Below, one piece after another: positions 8,992 to 18,850 of a DNA stretch of 64,000 nucleotides. The DNA comes from an uncultured Bacteroidales bacterium (GTDB lineage: Bacteria > Bacteroidota > Bacteroidia > Bacteroidales > VadinHA17), in NCBI GenBank assembly GCA_963849945.1, contig CAWKJD010000003.1, forward strand, positions 162,811 through 226,810. The letters run 5' to 3'. The number at the start of each line of letters is the position of its first letter. Positions within the stretch are counted from its first letter, which is position 1. The notes under the pieces were generated by a model that searched no databases, had not been told where the DNA came from, and saw nothing but the letters and a program-made list of their open reading frames with translations. A program made the translations under genes and the position numbers.

Positions 8992-9523
8992 ATTCTTTTG
9001 TGAGCTTAATGATCATTTCAATGATGCCTGGTATCTCAGCATCAGCTATCTTTCCTTTATAAATTCCCCTGACTATCCGGTTCTTGTCGACAATTACTAC
9101 AGTATAACTGTCCATGGGCATGCCCCAGTCCTGATGCAACAGGCCTTTGTAATCAAAGAGAATGGTTGTGTCATATTTCTTTGCCTTTTTACCTGCGATC
9201 ATCCGGATAAGTCCGTCCGGCTTCCAGGTCGATTTGCAATCGACTATTCCGAACCCCTTAAAGTATTCCTTATCAATAGTTTTATCTACATCAGTGGCCT
9301 TATTGACGGCATCATTGAAAACGTCATTAAGGTCAGATACATCCGGATCAACGTAATTGATCTGCAGGACCTTGCCGGGCCATGAGTTCATGGTGAAAGG
9401 TACTTTGTCAGCGTCGGTGAATGTCCATTCCGGTGCCTTCTGGCCGATCTCGAGTTTGCCCTGGGAAGCAGCGTACGGCATCACAAAAGCTGCAAGTAGA
9501 AGTGAGAAGAATAGTTTTTTCAT
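8990..9523 (-). CDS. secreted thioredoxin-fold-like protein (YtfJ/TlpA-like, tentative)
   Basis: 177-aa ORF with N-terminal signal peptide (MKKLFFSLLLAAFVMPYAASQ); family assignment from overall resemblance only, no CxxC motif. Confidence 0.45.
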   Translation of the reverse strand: MKKLFFSLLLAAFVMPYAASQGKLEIGQKAPEWTFTDADKVPFTMNSWPGKVLQINYVDPDVSDLNDVFNDAVNKATDVDKTIDKEYFKGFGIVDCKSTWKPDGLIRMIAGKKAKKYDTTILFDYKGLLHQDWGMPMDSYTVVIVDKNRIVRGIYKGKIADAEIPGIIEMIIKLTKE

Positions 9524-9596
9524 AATTCGGATTTCTTTGATTGTTGCCTAAAGATACAATATTTTGAATTACATGCACATTTTCACAAATTATGTG

Positions 9597-9727
9597 AATA
9601 CTGAAACCTCTACGAGGTAGGCTTGGGCAGGGTGACTATGTCTATGCTACAATACTGAAACCTCTACGAGGCCGACTTGGGCGGGGTGACTATGTCTGTG
9701 CCACAATACTGAAACCTCTGCGAGGTA
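9597..9727. repeat. 54-bp tandem repeat, about 2.4 copies
   Basis: AATACTGAAACCTCTACGAGG starts at 9597, 9651 and 9705; the remainder of each unit is also about 85-90% identical; a partial inverted copy lies at about 9760-9800. Confidence 0.9.
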
Positions 9728-9876
9728 TATATGTCATAATATCAATGACTTAATGTTGTAGCACGTAGTGCTTCAGGTATTGTAACATGCCGTGACCCTT
9801 CAAAATAAATCCGTACCTTGGAGAGGTTTAAGAGAATATCTTTACATTTATTATCTGTAAATTACAAATAGCCGGA

Positions 9877-10053
9877 ATGAAAATCAGAAAGGTGCAACTA
9901 TCTGAAAAAGATAAACGCAAGGCTTATATAACTGCTGTCAGAAAGGCATCACGTGAATCCGGCATCGATAAAGTGACCAGACCAAGGGTCTATAAAAATA
10001 AGAAGAAATATTCAAGGAAGGATAAACATCAGATTATCAGGCAGGAAGACTGA
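9877..10053 (+). CDS. hypothetical small, highly basic protein (58 aa)
   Basis: ATG..TGA ORF below the 60-aa track cutoff: MKIRKVQLSEKDKRKAYITAVRKASRESGIDKVTRPRVYKNKKKYSRKDKHQIIRQED; no homology recognised. Confidence 0.3.
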   Translation: MKIRKVQLSEKDKRKAYITAVRKASRESGIDKVTRPRVYKNKKKYSRKDKHQIIRQED

Positions 10054-10083
10054 TAACCGATAACCGAAAACCGACAACCTAAT

Positions 10084-10743
10084 TCAGACTGTCAGGAAGT
10101 CGTGCAAGGGTTTCATTGCCCGGAACGCGCTGACTACCAGATCAAAACAACCTTCTGAGGTAAGCTCCCGGTCAGAAACAGATCTGTAAGCAAGGAAACT
10201 CTTCATCTTAAGCAGCTCAATATGAGGATGATCCTTCGAATAACCTCTGGGCGGAACCTTCAGTTTATCACCATCCAGTTCGCCGAATTGTCTCTTAAAT
10301 TCTTTGTGGTTAATGACACGTGCAAGCTCGTCACCGTTCTCATCGATCTTTTCACGTATTGCTCTCAACCATGGAGTCGGTGGCACATAAGCGCCTCCGG
10401 CCGCGAATGATGCTCCGGGCTCAACATGGAAATAGTAACCCGGAAACCTGTCACCGTTCTTTTTGCCGCCTCTGACCATAAATGCCCCGAAATTGGTCTT
10501 GTAGACTGATTTATCATGAGAAAACCTGGTGTCACGGTTGATCCTGAACATGCAGCTTTTTGCCTCAAGACCTTTATAGATAGGATCGAATTTGACGATC
10601 TCATCAATAACTGCCTGCACGAAAGCTTCGTAATTCTTCCTGGCTTCCTCATACCTGCTGCGATTATTATTGAACCATTCCCTCTCATTATTAAGCTTTA
10701 ACTCTGAAAGAAAAGTCAGCGTCGTTTTGTTTATATGCGGCAT
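10084..10743 (-). CDS. DUF2461 (TIGR02453) family protein
   Basis: ORF 10084..10821; likely start at MPHINKTTLTFL (10743); LTFLSELKLNNEREWF and RINRDTRFSHDKSVYK motifs typical of the family. Confidence 0.75.
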   Translation of the reverse strand: MPHINKTTLTFLSELKLNNEREWFNNNRSRYEEARKNYEAFVQAVIDEIVKFDPIYKGLEAKSCMFRINRDTRFSHDKSVYKTNFGAFMVRGGKKNGDRFPGYYFHVEPGASFAAGGAYVPPTPWLRAIREKIDENGDELARVINHKEFKRQFGELDGDKLKVPPRGYSKDHPHIELLKMKSFLAYRSVSDRELTSEGCFDLVVSAFRAMKPLHDFLTV

Positions 10744-10877
10744 ATGATTATCGGTTATAGGTTCAAATTTAAAACTTAATCCGGGTTGTTGTCTGTTGCG
10801 AGGAAAGAATATAAAAACCAAGACCGGAAAAATTTGCCAGCCATTTCACTGTAACAATGACTTCACCGGCTCCAAAG

Positions 10878-11900
10878 TCAGGAGACAGCAACGGGTAATT
10901 TTCTCCATGCTATGAAAAGGAGGGAAACCGCCACACACGAAAAAACAATGTTACCTATAAGATCAGTAGTTAATGAAACAGTTCCGACAGAAGGCTTCTG
11001 AACAAACCCGAACCATATATAAGTAAAGGTCAGGCCTGCCACGACAGAAAAACCATGCTTTGTTGTCCAGCCGGAGCGTAAAGACCATATCCATAATAAT
11101 ATACAACCGCTACCAAGGAAGGTTACCATTCCTGCCACATTCAGAAGAGCAGCGATCCGGCCGGTAAAGTACGTCATCGTCATGAAGCCCGAACTGAGCA
11201 GGAATGCAGCCAAGCCGGTAAGTATGGGTGGAGGCACATTTCCTTTCTTTACCCGGGAGGCTCTTTTCGGATTACCAATCAATATTCCCGATATAATTAA
11301 TATAACGATAACAATCAGAGAACCAGTGAATTGCCAGGCTGAAGCCATAAATTCTTCATCTTTTCGCCTCAGAACAGTCTGTAAGCAGAATAAAGCAAAG
11401 ACAGTCAGAACTGCAATGAAGCCTGCTTTGCCTGTGAATGGGGCATCTTTTGTCTTCGGAAACAGGAATCCAATCAGGGCTATTGGCAGGGCGGTGCTCC
11501 ATACTAAGTGAATTCCAAGCACATAAACTGTCCACCATGAGCCAATTCCAGGACTTTTAATATACCCGTAGTCGAGCAAACGAAGTCCCAGGTAGTTTGG
11601 ATCGAAAAGAGACTGCGTAAGAATTGCTTCTTCAATTATTCCGTAAACCAGGCACAGTAAGAGTATCCCGTTCCACCTGAGTTTCAGGCGTACAGCAGTC
11701 TCCCTGATTATAATGCAGCCCAGACCATACATCAGGCCAAGGATCGGCAGCAACCATAAATATGTCAAAGGCATATTTCCCAACAAAAATTCTCCGATAA
11801 AGGGAGAAAGAAAAAATAATGCTGAAGCTGCCAGAAGGCGCGATCCTAAAGGCGGAAGTGGCTGGCTTTTCATTTTTTTCGTTTCTGATGAAGTTCTCAT
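10878..11900 (-). CDS. polytopic integral membrane protein, function unknown
   Basis: 340-aa ORF with about 9-10 hydrophobic segments; no recognised catalytic motif. Confidence 0.55.
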   Translation of the reverse strand: MRTSSETKKMKSQPLPPLGSRLLAASALFFLSPFIGEFLLGNMPLTYLWLLPILGLMYGLGCIIIRETAVRLKLRWNGILLLCLVYGIIEEAILTQSLFDPNYLGLRLLDYGYIKSPGIGSWWTVYVLGIHLVWSTALPIALIGFLFPKTKDAPFTGKAGFIAVLTVFALFCLQTVLRRKDEEFMASAWQFTGSLIVIVILIISGILIGNPKRASRVKKGNVPPPILTGLAAFLLSSGFMTMTYFTGRIAALLNVAGMVTFLGSGCILLWIWSLRSGWTTKHGFSVVAGLTFTYIWFGFVQKPSVGTVSLTTDLIGNIVFSCVAVSLLFIAWRKLPVAVS

Positions 11901-12189
11901 GTTTTTTTAAGACATACAATTTACTTTTTTTGATGGACTGAAGGGGAAAGCGGAGAAGAAATTTCCAGGCTGTCCGGAAAAATTCGAATTTAAATGCCAA
12001 TTCATATTTATTAATAAAAGGACTCCGGTCAGGTTTCGTCTTATGGTATCAGCTTAAATATTAAAGATATGGCAATTTATCAATTTGCCTATAATTAATA
12101 TTATGTTAAATAGACTATTTAACTGATGCCATTAAAGTCCTGACGGTACTAAATTCCCCCTTCCCTGCTTCGGACCGCCTGGTTAAGTC

Positions 12190-12222
12190 AAAAAAAAGAA
12201 GGCGCCTTGTCAGGTGCCTTCC
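12190..12222 (-). terminator. rho-independent terminator after the TPR protein gene
   Basis: Minus strand reads GAAGGCACCTGACAAGGCGCCTTC followed by T8. Confidence 0.7.
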
Positions 12223-12246
12223 ATTATTTTATACTTTTCGCTCCTT

Positions 12247-13395
12247 TTACTGAAGGTCCAGAACTTTCTGCTTGTAAGCTTCGAATTCGGGCATCATTTT
12301 AACTTTAAGGTAGATTTCCCTCAAAAACTCAAGTGTAGCTACTGATGTCGGATTTGCCTTTTCAGCCTCCAGGAAATACGGAATAGCTTTCTTCATCTCG
12401 TCGAAGGCCTTATCCTTGGCTTCCTCATAAAGTTTATTGTCAGATATCAGGTTCGCCTCCGTAAGCATTTCATTTGCCAGAGAAACATAGCAAAGTCCCA
12501 TATTATAATTACTCTCAAACTGTTGAGAATTCATATCAAGCGACTTCTGCATACTTTCAAGAGCTTTGGGATAGTTATTCGTTTTCATGTACAAACTCCC
12601 TTCCACCAGTGGCAGGATATAATTCTTGGGATCCTTTTCCATCGCCTTGCGGACATAAGTGAATGCTTTATCTGACTGGTTGGTATCAAGGTAGAACTGT
12701 GTTGCCTGCAGGATGATATCAAGAGTGTCAGGATAAGCAGCAACTCCCTCCAGGAGTGCTTCTTCAGCATCCAGGGTGTCTTTCATCTTCAGATAACTGT
12801 CGCTTATGAATATATAAGGTTTGGTATCTTCAGTTCCCGAAGTGGTGCAGGTACGGAAATATTCAATGGCTTTGGGGTACATCTCTGCATTGTACGCAGC
12901 CAGTCCGGCGTTGAAGATCACCAGGGTATCCACCACACCGACGTACATTTCGTTTGCGGCGATCTTAACATTGTCATCAAATGATTTCATTGCGCCGACA
13001 AAGTCCTTAGCATTGAATTTGGCGATGGCATCATTCAGAAATGAGTTACCCAGCAGCGCCATGGTATTATCCTTAATAATGGTATTCTTCATTTTAGGAT
13101 CTATCTGGACGGCTTTAAGGTAATTATTGTATGCCTCCATAAGTTGGTCCGGATACAATCCCATAAATTTGGGATCACCTGAGTCATATGCAGCCTGGCA
13201 TAGCTTTCCCTTAACATAGTATGTCTTTGCCAGACCTGAGGATTTAGGGTCAGCTACAGCAGCCTCAATGGCTTCTTTAGCCTTATCGAAAGCTCCCTCC
13301 TTGATAAAAGTTTCAGCAGCGGTGATCTTTCCCTTCTGGGCCGAGGCAGTGACTGAGATTATTACTGCCAGTAATAAGAAAGTAATCTTCTTCAT
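12247..13395 (-). CDS. secreted TPR-repeat protein
   Basis: 382-aa ORF; signal peptide (MKKITFLLLAVIISVTASAQ) followed by repeated TPR-like A/Y/L helices; downstream of gyrA. Confidence 0.7.
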   Translation of the reverse strand: MKKITFLLLAVIISVTASAQKGKITAAETFIKEGAFDKAKEAIEAAVADPKSSGLAKTYYVKGKLCQAAYDSGDPKFMGLYPDQLMEAYNNYLKAVQIDPKMKNTIIKDNTMALLGNSFLNDAIAKFNAKDFVGAMKSFDDNVKIAANEMYVGVVDTLVIFNAGLAAYNAEMYPKAIEYFRTCTTSGTEDTKPYIFISDSYLKMKDTLDAEEALLEGVAAYPDTLDIILQATQFYLDTNQSDKAFTYVRKAMEKDPKNYILPLVEGSLYMKTNNYPKALESMQKSLDMNSQQFESNYNMGLCYVSLANEMLTEANLISDNKLYEEAKDKAFDEMKKAIPYFLEAEKANPTSVATLEFLREIYLKVKMMPEFEAYKQKVLDLQ

Positions 13396-13468
13396 GATTT
13401 GTTAATTTACTTTTATAATTGTTTCAAAAATAGAAATTTAGAATCTATTCTTCAAATAATTTGCCAAA

Positions 13469-15967
13469 TTACTCGGCGGGATTATCCAATTGTTCCGGAT
13501 TCACTGTCTCACCTTCGGTATCATCCTCATTTACTTCAACATAGGCCACAGATGCGATTGAATCATTTTCCCGGAGATTTATCAGTCTGACCCCCTGTGT
13601 TGCTCTTCCCATCACTCTGAGACTGCTTACAGGTATCCTGAGAATATTGCCGGCCTGGGTGATTATCATGAGATCATACTGGTCACTCACGTCTTTGAGA
13701 GCAATCAGCTTACCCGTTTTTTCCGTCACATTAATTGTCTTTACTCCCTTTCCTCCCCTGTTGGTTATGCGGTAATCGCCAATTGATGATCTCTTCCCAT
13801 AACCGTTTTCCGACACTACCAGCACATCTTCCGATTCATTGAGTACTGTTATCATCCCGATCACTATGTCATCCGTACCTGAAAGGGTTATGCCTCGAAC
13901 ACCAGATGCTGTTCTTCCCATAGGTCTGACGGTTTTTTCAGGGAACCTGACGGCGCGACCGGACCTTACAGCAAGCATTATTTCATGACTGCCGTTGGTC
14001 ATTCGTGCTTCAAGGAGTTCATCTCCTTCTCTCACGGTGATGGCATTCACACCATTGGCCCTCGGGCGCGAATAAGCCTCCAGGGAGGTTTTTTTAATTA
14101 TACCCTTGCGCGTGCAAAGGACAATGAAGTTGTTGTTGATATACTCCTTATCGTCCAATGTCCTGACATTAATGAAAGCCCTGACACTGTCATCCTGCTC
14201 AATGTTTATAAGATTTTGCATGGCTCTTCCCTTACTGATGCGTGTTCCCTCAGGCAGGTCATAAACCTTCTGCCAGTAGCATTTTCCGTTCTGGGTGAAG
14301 AAGAGCATTGTGTTATGCATTGTTGCCACATAAAGATGCTCAATAAAGTCCTCATCACGCGTGGTGCCTCCCCTTGCTCCTGTCCCTCCCCTGTTCTGAC
14401 GGCGGAATTCAGTAAGTGGTGTGCGCTTGATATAACCCATGTGCGAAATGGTAATGACCATCTCATCATCAGCATAGAAATCCTCCGGATTGAATTCTCC
14501 TGCTGCCGGCACTATCTCCGTACGCCGCTTGTCGCCGAATTTTTCCTTGACCTCAAGGAGCTCATCCTTAACAATCTGCATCTGCAGAGCTTCATCTGCC
14601 AGCACTTTTTTAAGATGCTCAATCAGCTTCTGAACTTCTTCGTATTCAGATCTCAGCTTGTCCTGTTCAAGCCCTGTCAGCTGCCTGAGTCTCATTTCAA
14701 CTATTGCCCGGGACTGTATATCTGTCAGGCTGAAACGTTCCATCAGACGTTCACGTGCCGTGTCGGCGTTGTCAGACGAACGGATGATAGCAACAACCTC
14801 ATCGATATTATCACTTGCAATAATCAGTCCTTCAAGTATGTGAGCTCGTTTTTCAGCCTGGTCAAGGTCGAAGCGGGCTCTGCGAAGGATAACATCGTGC
14901 CTGTGCTGAACAAAATAATCAATAAGGCTTTTCAGCGGGAGCATCTTTGGTCTTCCCTTCACAAGGGCAACGTTATTCACATTGAAAGACGACTGCAGCT
15001 GCGAGTGTTTATAAAGGTTGTTCAGAACCACGTTGGCAGGCATCTCCTTCTTCAGTATTATGACTATCCGCATGCCGCTTCTGTCCGACTCGTCATTAAT
15101 ATATGAAATGCCCTCGAGCTTCTTTTCGTTGATCAGGTCGGCGATCTTGCTTATCATTTCCGCTTTATTGACCATATAGGGTATCTCGGTGACGACTATG
15201 CACTCTCTTCCCGAATGAGTAAGTTCAATTTCGGTCCTGGCTCTTACAACTATTCTCCCCCTGCCGGTTTCAAAAGCTTCCCTGATGCCCTGTTCACCGT
15301 AAATAATACCACCTGTCGGAAAGTCAGGTCCTTTGATATGCTTCATCAGCTCCTCAACGGTAATCTCATTATTGTCGATGAAGGCAATTATTGCATCAAC
15401 CGTCTCTGAAAGGTTATGAGGAGCCATATTTGTGGCCATACCTACAGCAATACCTGAAGATCCGTTTACAATCAGGCTTGGTATTCTGGTCGGTAGAACA
15501 GTCGGCTCCTGCAGCGTGTCATCAAAGTTTGGCTGGAAGTCAATTGTCTCTTTTTCGATATCTGAAAGTGTCACCTCAGCCAGGCGCTTCAGTCGTGCTT
15601 CAGTGTATCGCATAGCAGCTGGACTGTCGCCGTCAATTGATCCGAAGTTACCCTGACCGTCAACAAAAGGATAGCGCATTGACCATTCCTGCGCCATACG
15701 CACCATGGCATCATATACCGAGGTATCACCGTGAGGATGATACTTGCCCAGCACCTCTCCCACTATTCTTGCAGATTTCTTATAAGGCCTGTTGGAAAAA
15801 TTTCCAAGCTCTGACATACCGAAGAGAACCCTCCTGTGAACGGGTTTCAACCCATCCCTGACATCGGGTAATGCCCTTGACACGATGACCGACATCGAAT
15901 AATCGATGTAAGCCGACTTCATCTCCTCCTCGATATTTACTTTAATTATTTTTGCTTGATCTGACAT
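13469..15967 (-). CDS. gyrA: DNA gyrase subunit A
   Basis: 832-aa ORF; [33 protein letters not shown] (QRDR), AAMRYTE catalytic Tyr region, C-terminal beta-pinwheel repeats. Confidence 0.97.
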   Translation of the reverse strand: MSDQAKIIKVNIEEEMKSAYIDYSMSVIVSRALPDVRDGLKPVHRRVLFGMSELGNFSNRPYKKSARIVGEVLGKYHPHGDTSVYDAMVRMAQEWSMRYPFVDGQGNFGSIDGDSPAAMRYTEARLKRLAEVTLSDIEKETIDFQPNFDDTLQEPTVLPTRIPSLIVNGSSGIAVGMATNMAPHNLSETVDAIIAFIDNNEITVEELMKHIKGPDFPTGGIIYGEQGIREAFETGRGRIVVRARTEIELTHSGRECIVVTEIPYMVNKAEMISKIADLINEKKLEGISYINDESDRSGMRIVIILKKEMPANVVLNNLYKHSQLQSSFNVNNVALVKGRPKMLPLKSLIDYFVQHRHDVILRRARFDLDQAEKRAHILEGLIIASDNIDEVVAIIRSSDNADTARERLMERFSLTDIQSRAIVEMRLRQLTGLEQDKLRSEYEEVQKLIEHLKKVLADEALQMQIVKDELLEVKEKFGDKRRTEIVPAAGEFNPEDFYADDEMVITISHMGYIKRTPLTEFRRQNRGGTGARGGTTRDEDFIEHLYVATMHNTMLFFTQNGKCYWQKVYDLPEGTRISKGRAMQNLINIEQDDSVRAFINVRTLDDKEYINNNFIVLCTRKGIIKKTSLEAYSRPRANGVNAITVREGDELLEARMTNGSHEIMLAVRSGRAVRFPEKTVRPMGRTASGVRGITLSGTDDIVIGMITVLNESEDVLVVSENGYGKRSSIGDYRITNRGGKGVKTINVTEKTGKLIALKDVSDQYDLMIITQAGNILRIPVSSLRVMGRATQGVRLINLRENDSIASVAYVEVNEDDTEGETVNPEQLDNPAE

Positions 15968-16131
15968 ATCAGATTGATATTTAATGAATTAAGTTAATAA
16001 ATTAATTGTTTGAAATTAATCCACGAAAATAATAAAAATTGGGGCTCCCCTTAACCTTTTTCCGGTCTATTTGTTAACATAAGTGTTAAAAATTGGGCAC
16101 AATTATTGCCAATATATAATTACAATAAAAT

Positions 16132-16139
16132 TAACTTTG
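16132..16139 (+). promoter_or_regulatory. candidate -7 promoter box (TAACTTTG) for clpC
   Basis: Matches the Bacteroidota TAnnTTTG consensus about 70 nt upstream of the clpC start. Confidence 0.35.
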
Positions 16140-16206
16140 AAAACGGGCATTTCATGTATTTCTGTCAGTCTTTATGACACATTTTCATGAGACCCACAAA
16201 CGAAAT

Positions 16207-18762
16207 ATGATGGACACACATTTCTCACAGAGAGTAAACGATATCCTGGGCTACAGCAAGGAAGAGGCGATCAGGCTGGGTAACAGCCATATAAGCCCTG
16301 AACACCTCTTTCTCGGCATTCTACGCGAAGGCGAAGGAGTGGCAGTGGATATACTTTTAAATAACGGAGTTGATCTTCTCATGCTGAAAGGATCAATTGA
16401 AAAGAGCATAAAGGCCGAAAAGCCGGTAGCTATGGCAGACAATGAGATACTACCCCTGCTGAAAAGCACGGAGCGTGTCCTGAGGCTTGTTCATATCGAA
16501 GCCAAGGCCATGAAAACCAAGGTTATTGATACGGAGCACCTGCTTATGGCCATTCTTCGTGATGAGAGCAATCTTGTGACACGGTTCCTTACCGAGCTCG
16601 ACATTGACTACTCGCTTGTCAAGAAAGCTGTTGAAGCCGGCAGCCCTACTGCCCAGGCAGACTTTCCCCATGATGAGGACGAAGAAGGAATGTTCCCGGG
16701 CTCGGGTCAGGGTAAACAGCCGCAGGGCGGACAACAGACACCGAGGAGCTCCTCCGAGACTCCTGTGCTTGACAACTTCGGCATAGATCTGACAAAAGCT
16801 GCCGAAGAGGGACGTCTCGACCCCGTAGTGGGCCGTGAGCGGGAGATCGAACGTCTTGCCCAGATACTCTCGAGACGCAAGAAGAATAACCCTGTTCTCA
16901 TAGGTGAACCCGGCGTCGGCAAATCGGCAATAGCCGAGGGACTGGCACTGAGGATCTCCAAGAGGAATGTCTCAAGGGTGCTGTTTAACAAGAGGGTTGT
17001 GGCTCTTGATCTTGCCTCTATCGTTGCAGGAACCAAATACAGGGGACAGTTCGAGGAAAGGATGAAGGCCATCCTCAATGAGCTGGCAAAGAATGACAAT
17101 ATCATCCTGTTCATAGATGAGATACATACTATTGTGGGCGCCGGTGGTGCCAGTGGATCGCTTGACGCTGCCAACATGCTCAAGCCTGCCCTGGCCCGCG
17201 GTGAAATACAATGCATCGGAGCAACCACCCTCGATGAGTACCGTCAGCATATAGAAAAGGACGGAGCACTGGAACGCAGGTTCCAGAAAGTGCTTGTTGA
17301 CCCCACATCGGTTGAAGAGACGATTGATATCCTTAACAATATCAAGGATCGTTATGAGGAGCATCACAATGTGACATATACTCCCGAAGCCATTGTTGCG
17401 TGTGTCAAGCTGACTAACAGGTACATAAGCGACAGAAACCTGCCAGACAAGGCCATTGATGCCCTCGACGAGTCAGGATCAAGAGTACATATATCCAATA
17501 TAGTTGTCCCTGAGAAGATACTCACGCTTGAGAAACAGCTCGAGGAGACAAAGACGGATAAGAGCAGCGCCGTAAAGAATCAGAATTTTGAACGTGCCGC
17601 AAGCTTCAGAGATAAGGAACGAGATATACTTGACCTTATCGAGGTTGAGAAGAAACGCTGGGAGAAAGACCTTTCAATGAACCGCGAGGTTGTTGATGCA
17701 GAGAAGGTTGCTGAAGTGGTTGCTATGATGACCGGAGTGCCGGTACAAAGGATAGCACAGACAGAAGGCACCAGGCTGCTGCAGATGGGAGAAGAACTCA
17801 AGAGAAGCATTATCGGTCAGGACGAGGCAATAGCCAAGATAGTCAAATCGATTCAGCGCAACAGGGCAGGACTGAAAGACCCTAACAAACCTATCGGCAC
17901 TTTCATATTCCTCGGTCCCACCGGCGTGGGTAAGACACAGCTTGCCAAAGTACTTGCGAAGTTCCTCTTTGAAACGACCGAAAACCTTATAAGGGTCGAC
18001 ATGAGTGAATATATGGAGAAGTTCTCCGTATCAAGACTGGTAGGTGCACCTCCCGGATATGTCGGCTATGAGGAAGGCGGACAGCTGACTGAGAAGGTAA
18101 GACGCAGACCATATTCCGTGGTGCTGCTTGATGAGATAGAAAAAGCTCATCCGGATGTCTTTCATATTCTTTTACAGGTGCTCGACGAAGGTCAGCTCAC
18201 TGACAGCCTGGGACGCAGGGTCGATTTCAGGAACACAATAGTGATCATGACTTCGAATATTGGTACCAGACAGCTTTCAGAGTTTGGCGCAGGAATGGGT
18301 TTTGAGACGTCAGCGAAAAAAGGCACACGCAATGACCAGGAAAAAAGCATTCTGCAGAAGGCACTGCAGAAGACTTTCGCGCCTGAGTTCCTGAACAGGA
18401 TTGACGACGTGGTCATGTTCAACCATCTTACAAGGGAAGATATCAACAAGATCATTGATATAGAACTCAAGGGGTTGTTTGACAGGATTGAAGCACTGGG
18501 TTATAAGATGAAGCTCAGCTCTCAGGCACGCGACTTTATTGCCGAACGTGGCTTTGACACACAGTATGGTGCACGGCCGCTCAAACGTGCAATTCAGAAG
18601 TATCTTGAAGATCCTCTTGCTGAGGTACTGATAAAACCGACGATAAGTGAGGGCGCTACCATCAGCGTGGGGTATTTAAAGGACAAGGAAGAGCTTACGT
18701 TCAAAGTTGTGGGCAAAAAGGAAACCGAACCGCTGAATACTGAAGAAAATCCGGAGGTATAA
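16207..18762 (+). CDS. clpC: ATP-dependent Clp protease ATP-binding subunit ClpC (class I AAA+)
   Basis: ORF 16174..18762, likely start MMDTHF at 16207; two Clp_N repeats, two Walker A sites (GEPGVGKS, GPTGVGKT), UVR-like linker (NQNFERAASFRDKE). Confidence 0.92.
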   Translation: MMDTHFSQRVNDILGYSKEEAIRLGNSHISPEHLFLGILREGEGVAVDILLNNGVDLLMLKGSIEKSIKAEKPVAMADNEILPLLKSTERVLRLVHIEAKAMKTKVIDTEHLLMAILRDESNLVTRFLTELDIDYSLVKKAVEAGSPTAQADFPHDEDEEGMFPGSGQGKQPQGGQQTPRSSSETPVLDNFGIDLTKAAEEGRLDPVVGREREIERLAQILSRRKKNNPVLIGEPGVGKSAIAEGLALRISKRNVSRVLFNKRVVALDLASIVAGTKYRGQFEERMKAILNELAKNDNIILFIDEIHTIVGAGGASGSLDAANMLKPALARGEIQCIGATTLDEYRQHIEKDGALERRFQKVLVDPTSVEETIDILNNIKDRYEEHHNVTYTPEAIVACVKLTNRYISDRNLPDKAIDALDESGSRVHISNIVVPEKILTLEKQLEETKTDKSSAVKNQNFERAASFRDKERDILDLIEVEKKRWEKDLSMNREVVDAEKVAEVVAMMTGVPVQRIAQTEGTRLLQMGEELKRSIIGQDEAIAKIVKSIQRNRAGLKDPNKPIGTFIFLGPTGVGKTQLAKVLAKFLFETTENLIRVDMSEYMEKFSVSRLVGAPPGYVGYEEGGQLTEKVRRRPYSVVLLDEIEKAHPDVFHILLQVLDEGQLTDSLGRRVDFRNTIVIMTSNIGTRQLSEFGAGMGFETSAKKGTRNDQEKSILQKALQKTFAPEFLNRIDDVVMFNHLTREDINKIIDIELKGLFDRIEALGYKMKLSSQARDFIAERGFDTQYGARPLKRAIQKYLEDPLAEVLIKPTISEGATISVGYLKDKEELTFKVVGKKETEPLNTEENPEV

Positions 18763-18796
18763 GGCAATAGACAATACTGTTTTCTTCTCGTCTTTT

Positions 18797-18850
18797 GACT
18801 TTAAGGACTTTAAGGACTTTAAGGACTTTAGACTTTCAGACCTTCAGACT
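18797..18850. repeat. tandem oligomer array: GACTTTAAG x3, then GACTTTAG / ACTTTCAG / ACCTTCAG
   Basis: Read directly; overlaps the last 5 codons of rimO; same motif family as 28537-28575 and 8421-8431. Confidence 0.9.

Noticed and set aside
9597-9727. Possible mini-CRISPR array (21-nt conserved segment recurring every 54 nt)
   Set aside because: The would-be spacers are themselves about 85-90% identical between units, so this is a plain tandem repeat. There are no cas genes in the window.
13985-15106. 373-aa ORF on the plus strand inside gyrA
   Set aside because: It is entirely antisense to a full-length, motif-rich gyrA. Its sequence is low-information with no recognisable motif, typical of a shadow ORF.
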